The notes under the pieces: model-generated
What the model was told of the DNA's origin: nothing
The model's database searches: none
The model's input: the letters and a program-made list of their open reading frames with translations, nothing else
Shown: positions 63,801 to 64,000 of the stretch, one piece after another
Position numbering within the stretch: the stretch's first letter is position 1
Layout of the letters: each line of letters begins with the position of its first letter
From: Phoronis australis
Lineage: Eukaryota > Animalia > Phoronida
Direction: 5' to 3'
Assembly (NCBI GenBank): GCA_002633005.1
Contig: NMRA01000616.1
Location: 62,001 to 126,000 of the forward strand
DNA length: 64,000 bases
Program-made: the position numbers and the translations under genes

Positions 63801-64000
63801 CAACGCTAAATCTTCCTTCTCCACCTCCTGCTGCTTCTCTCCCTGTTTTTCCTGGTTGTGCAAAGCCGAAATGCTTTGGGTTTGGTTTTAATTTGATTGG
63901 CCCTCTGACAACTTTTCTACAAATACATGTACAGGAACTTAAACAGTACACACCATGGATTTTTGCACATTTTGAATTACCGGTGGCCACACACTAAATG

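Overview
This is AT-rich, intron-containing animal DNA, most likely from a marine invertebrate; the taxon is an inference from the repeat families present. The left half holds one M13 (neprilysin/endothelin-converting-enzyme family) type II membrane metallopeptidase gene on the minus strand. I reconstructed it by hand as 17 in-frame coding exons (28418 down to 2653, 640 codons); its C-terminus lies beyond base 1. It uses two GC-AG introns and keeps the zinc ligands (HEITH, ENIAD), but has unusual substitutions around the active site. A paralogous first coding exon starts on the plus strand at 60594, so two M13 genes sit head-to-head about 32 kb apart. Introns and the spacer are filled with decayed, often nested mobile DNA: Kolobok-like, Sola3-like and AcademX-like transposons, three THAP remnants, L2/CR1 and Penelope-like retroelements, MITEs, a tRNA-bearing palindrome and satellites. 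The main hidden signal is a set of minimal type I hammerhead-ribozyme motifs in Penelope-type termini. One has an intact core (37527-37574) and several are single-mutation variants inside the peptidase introns. All calls are by eye; no searches were run.
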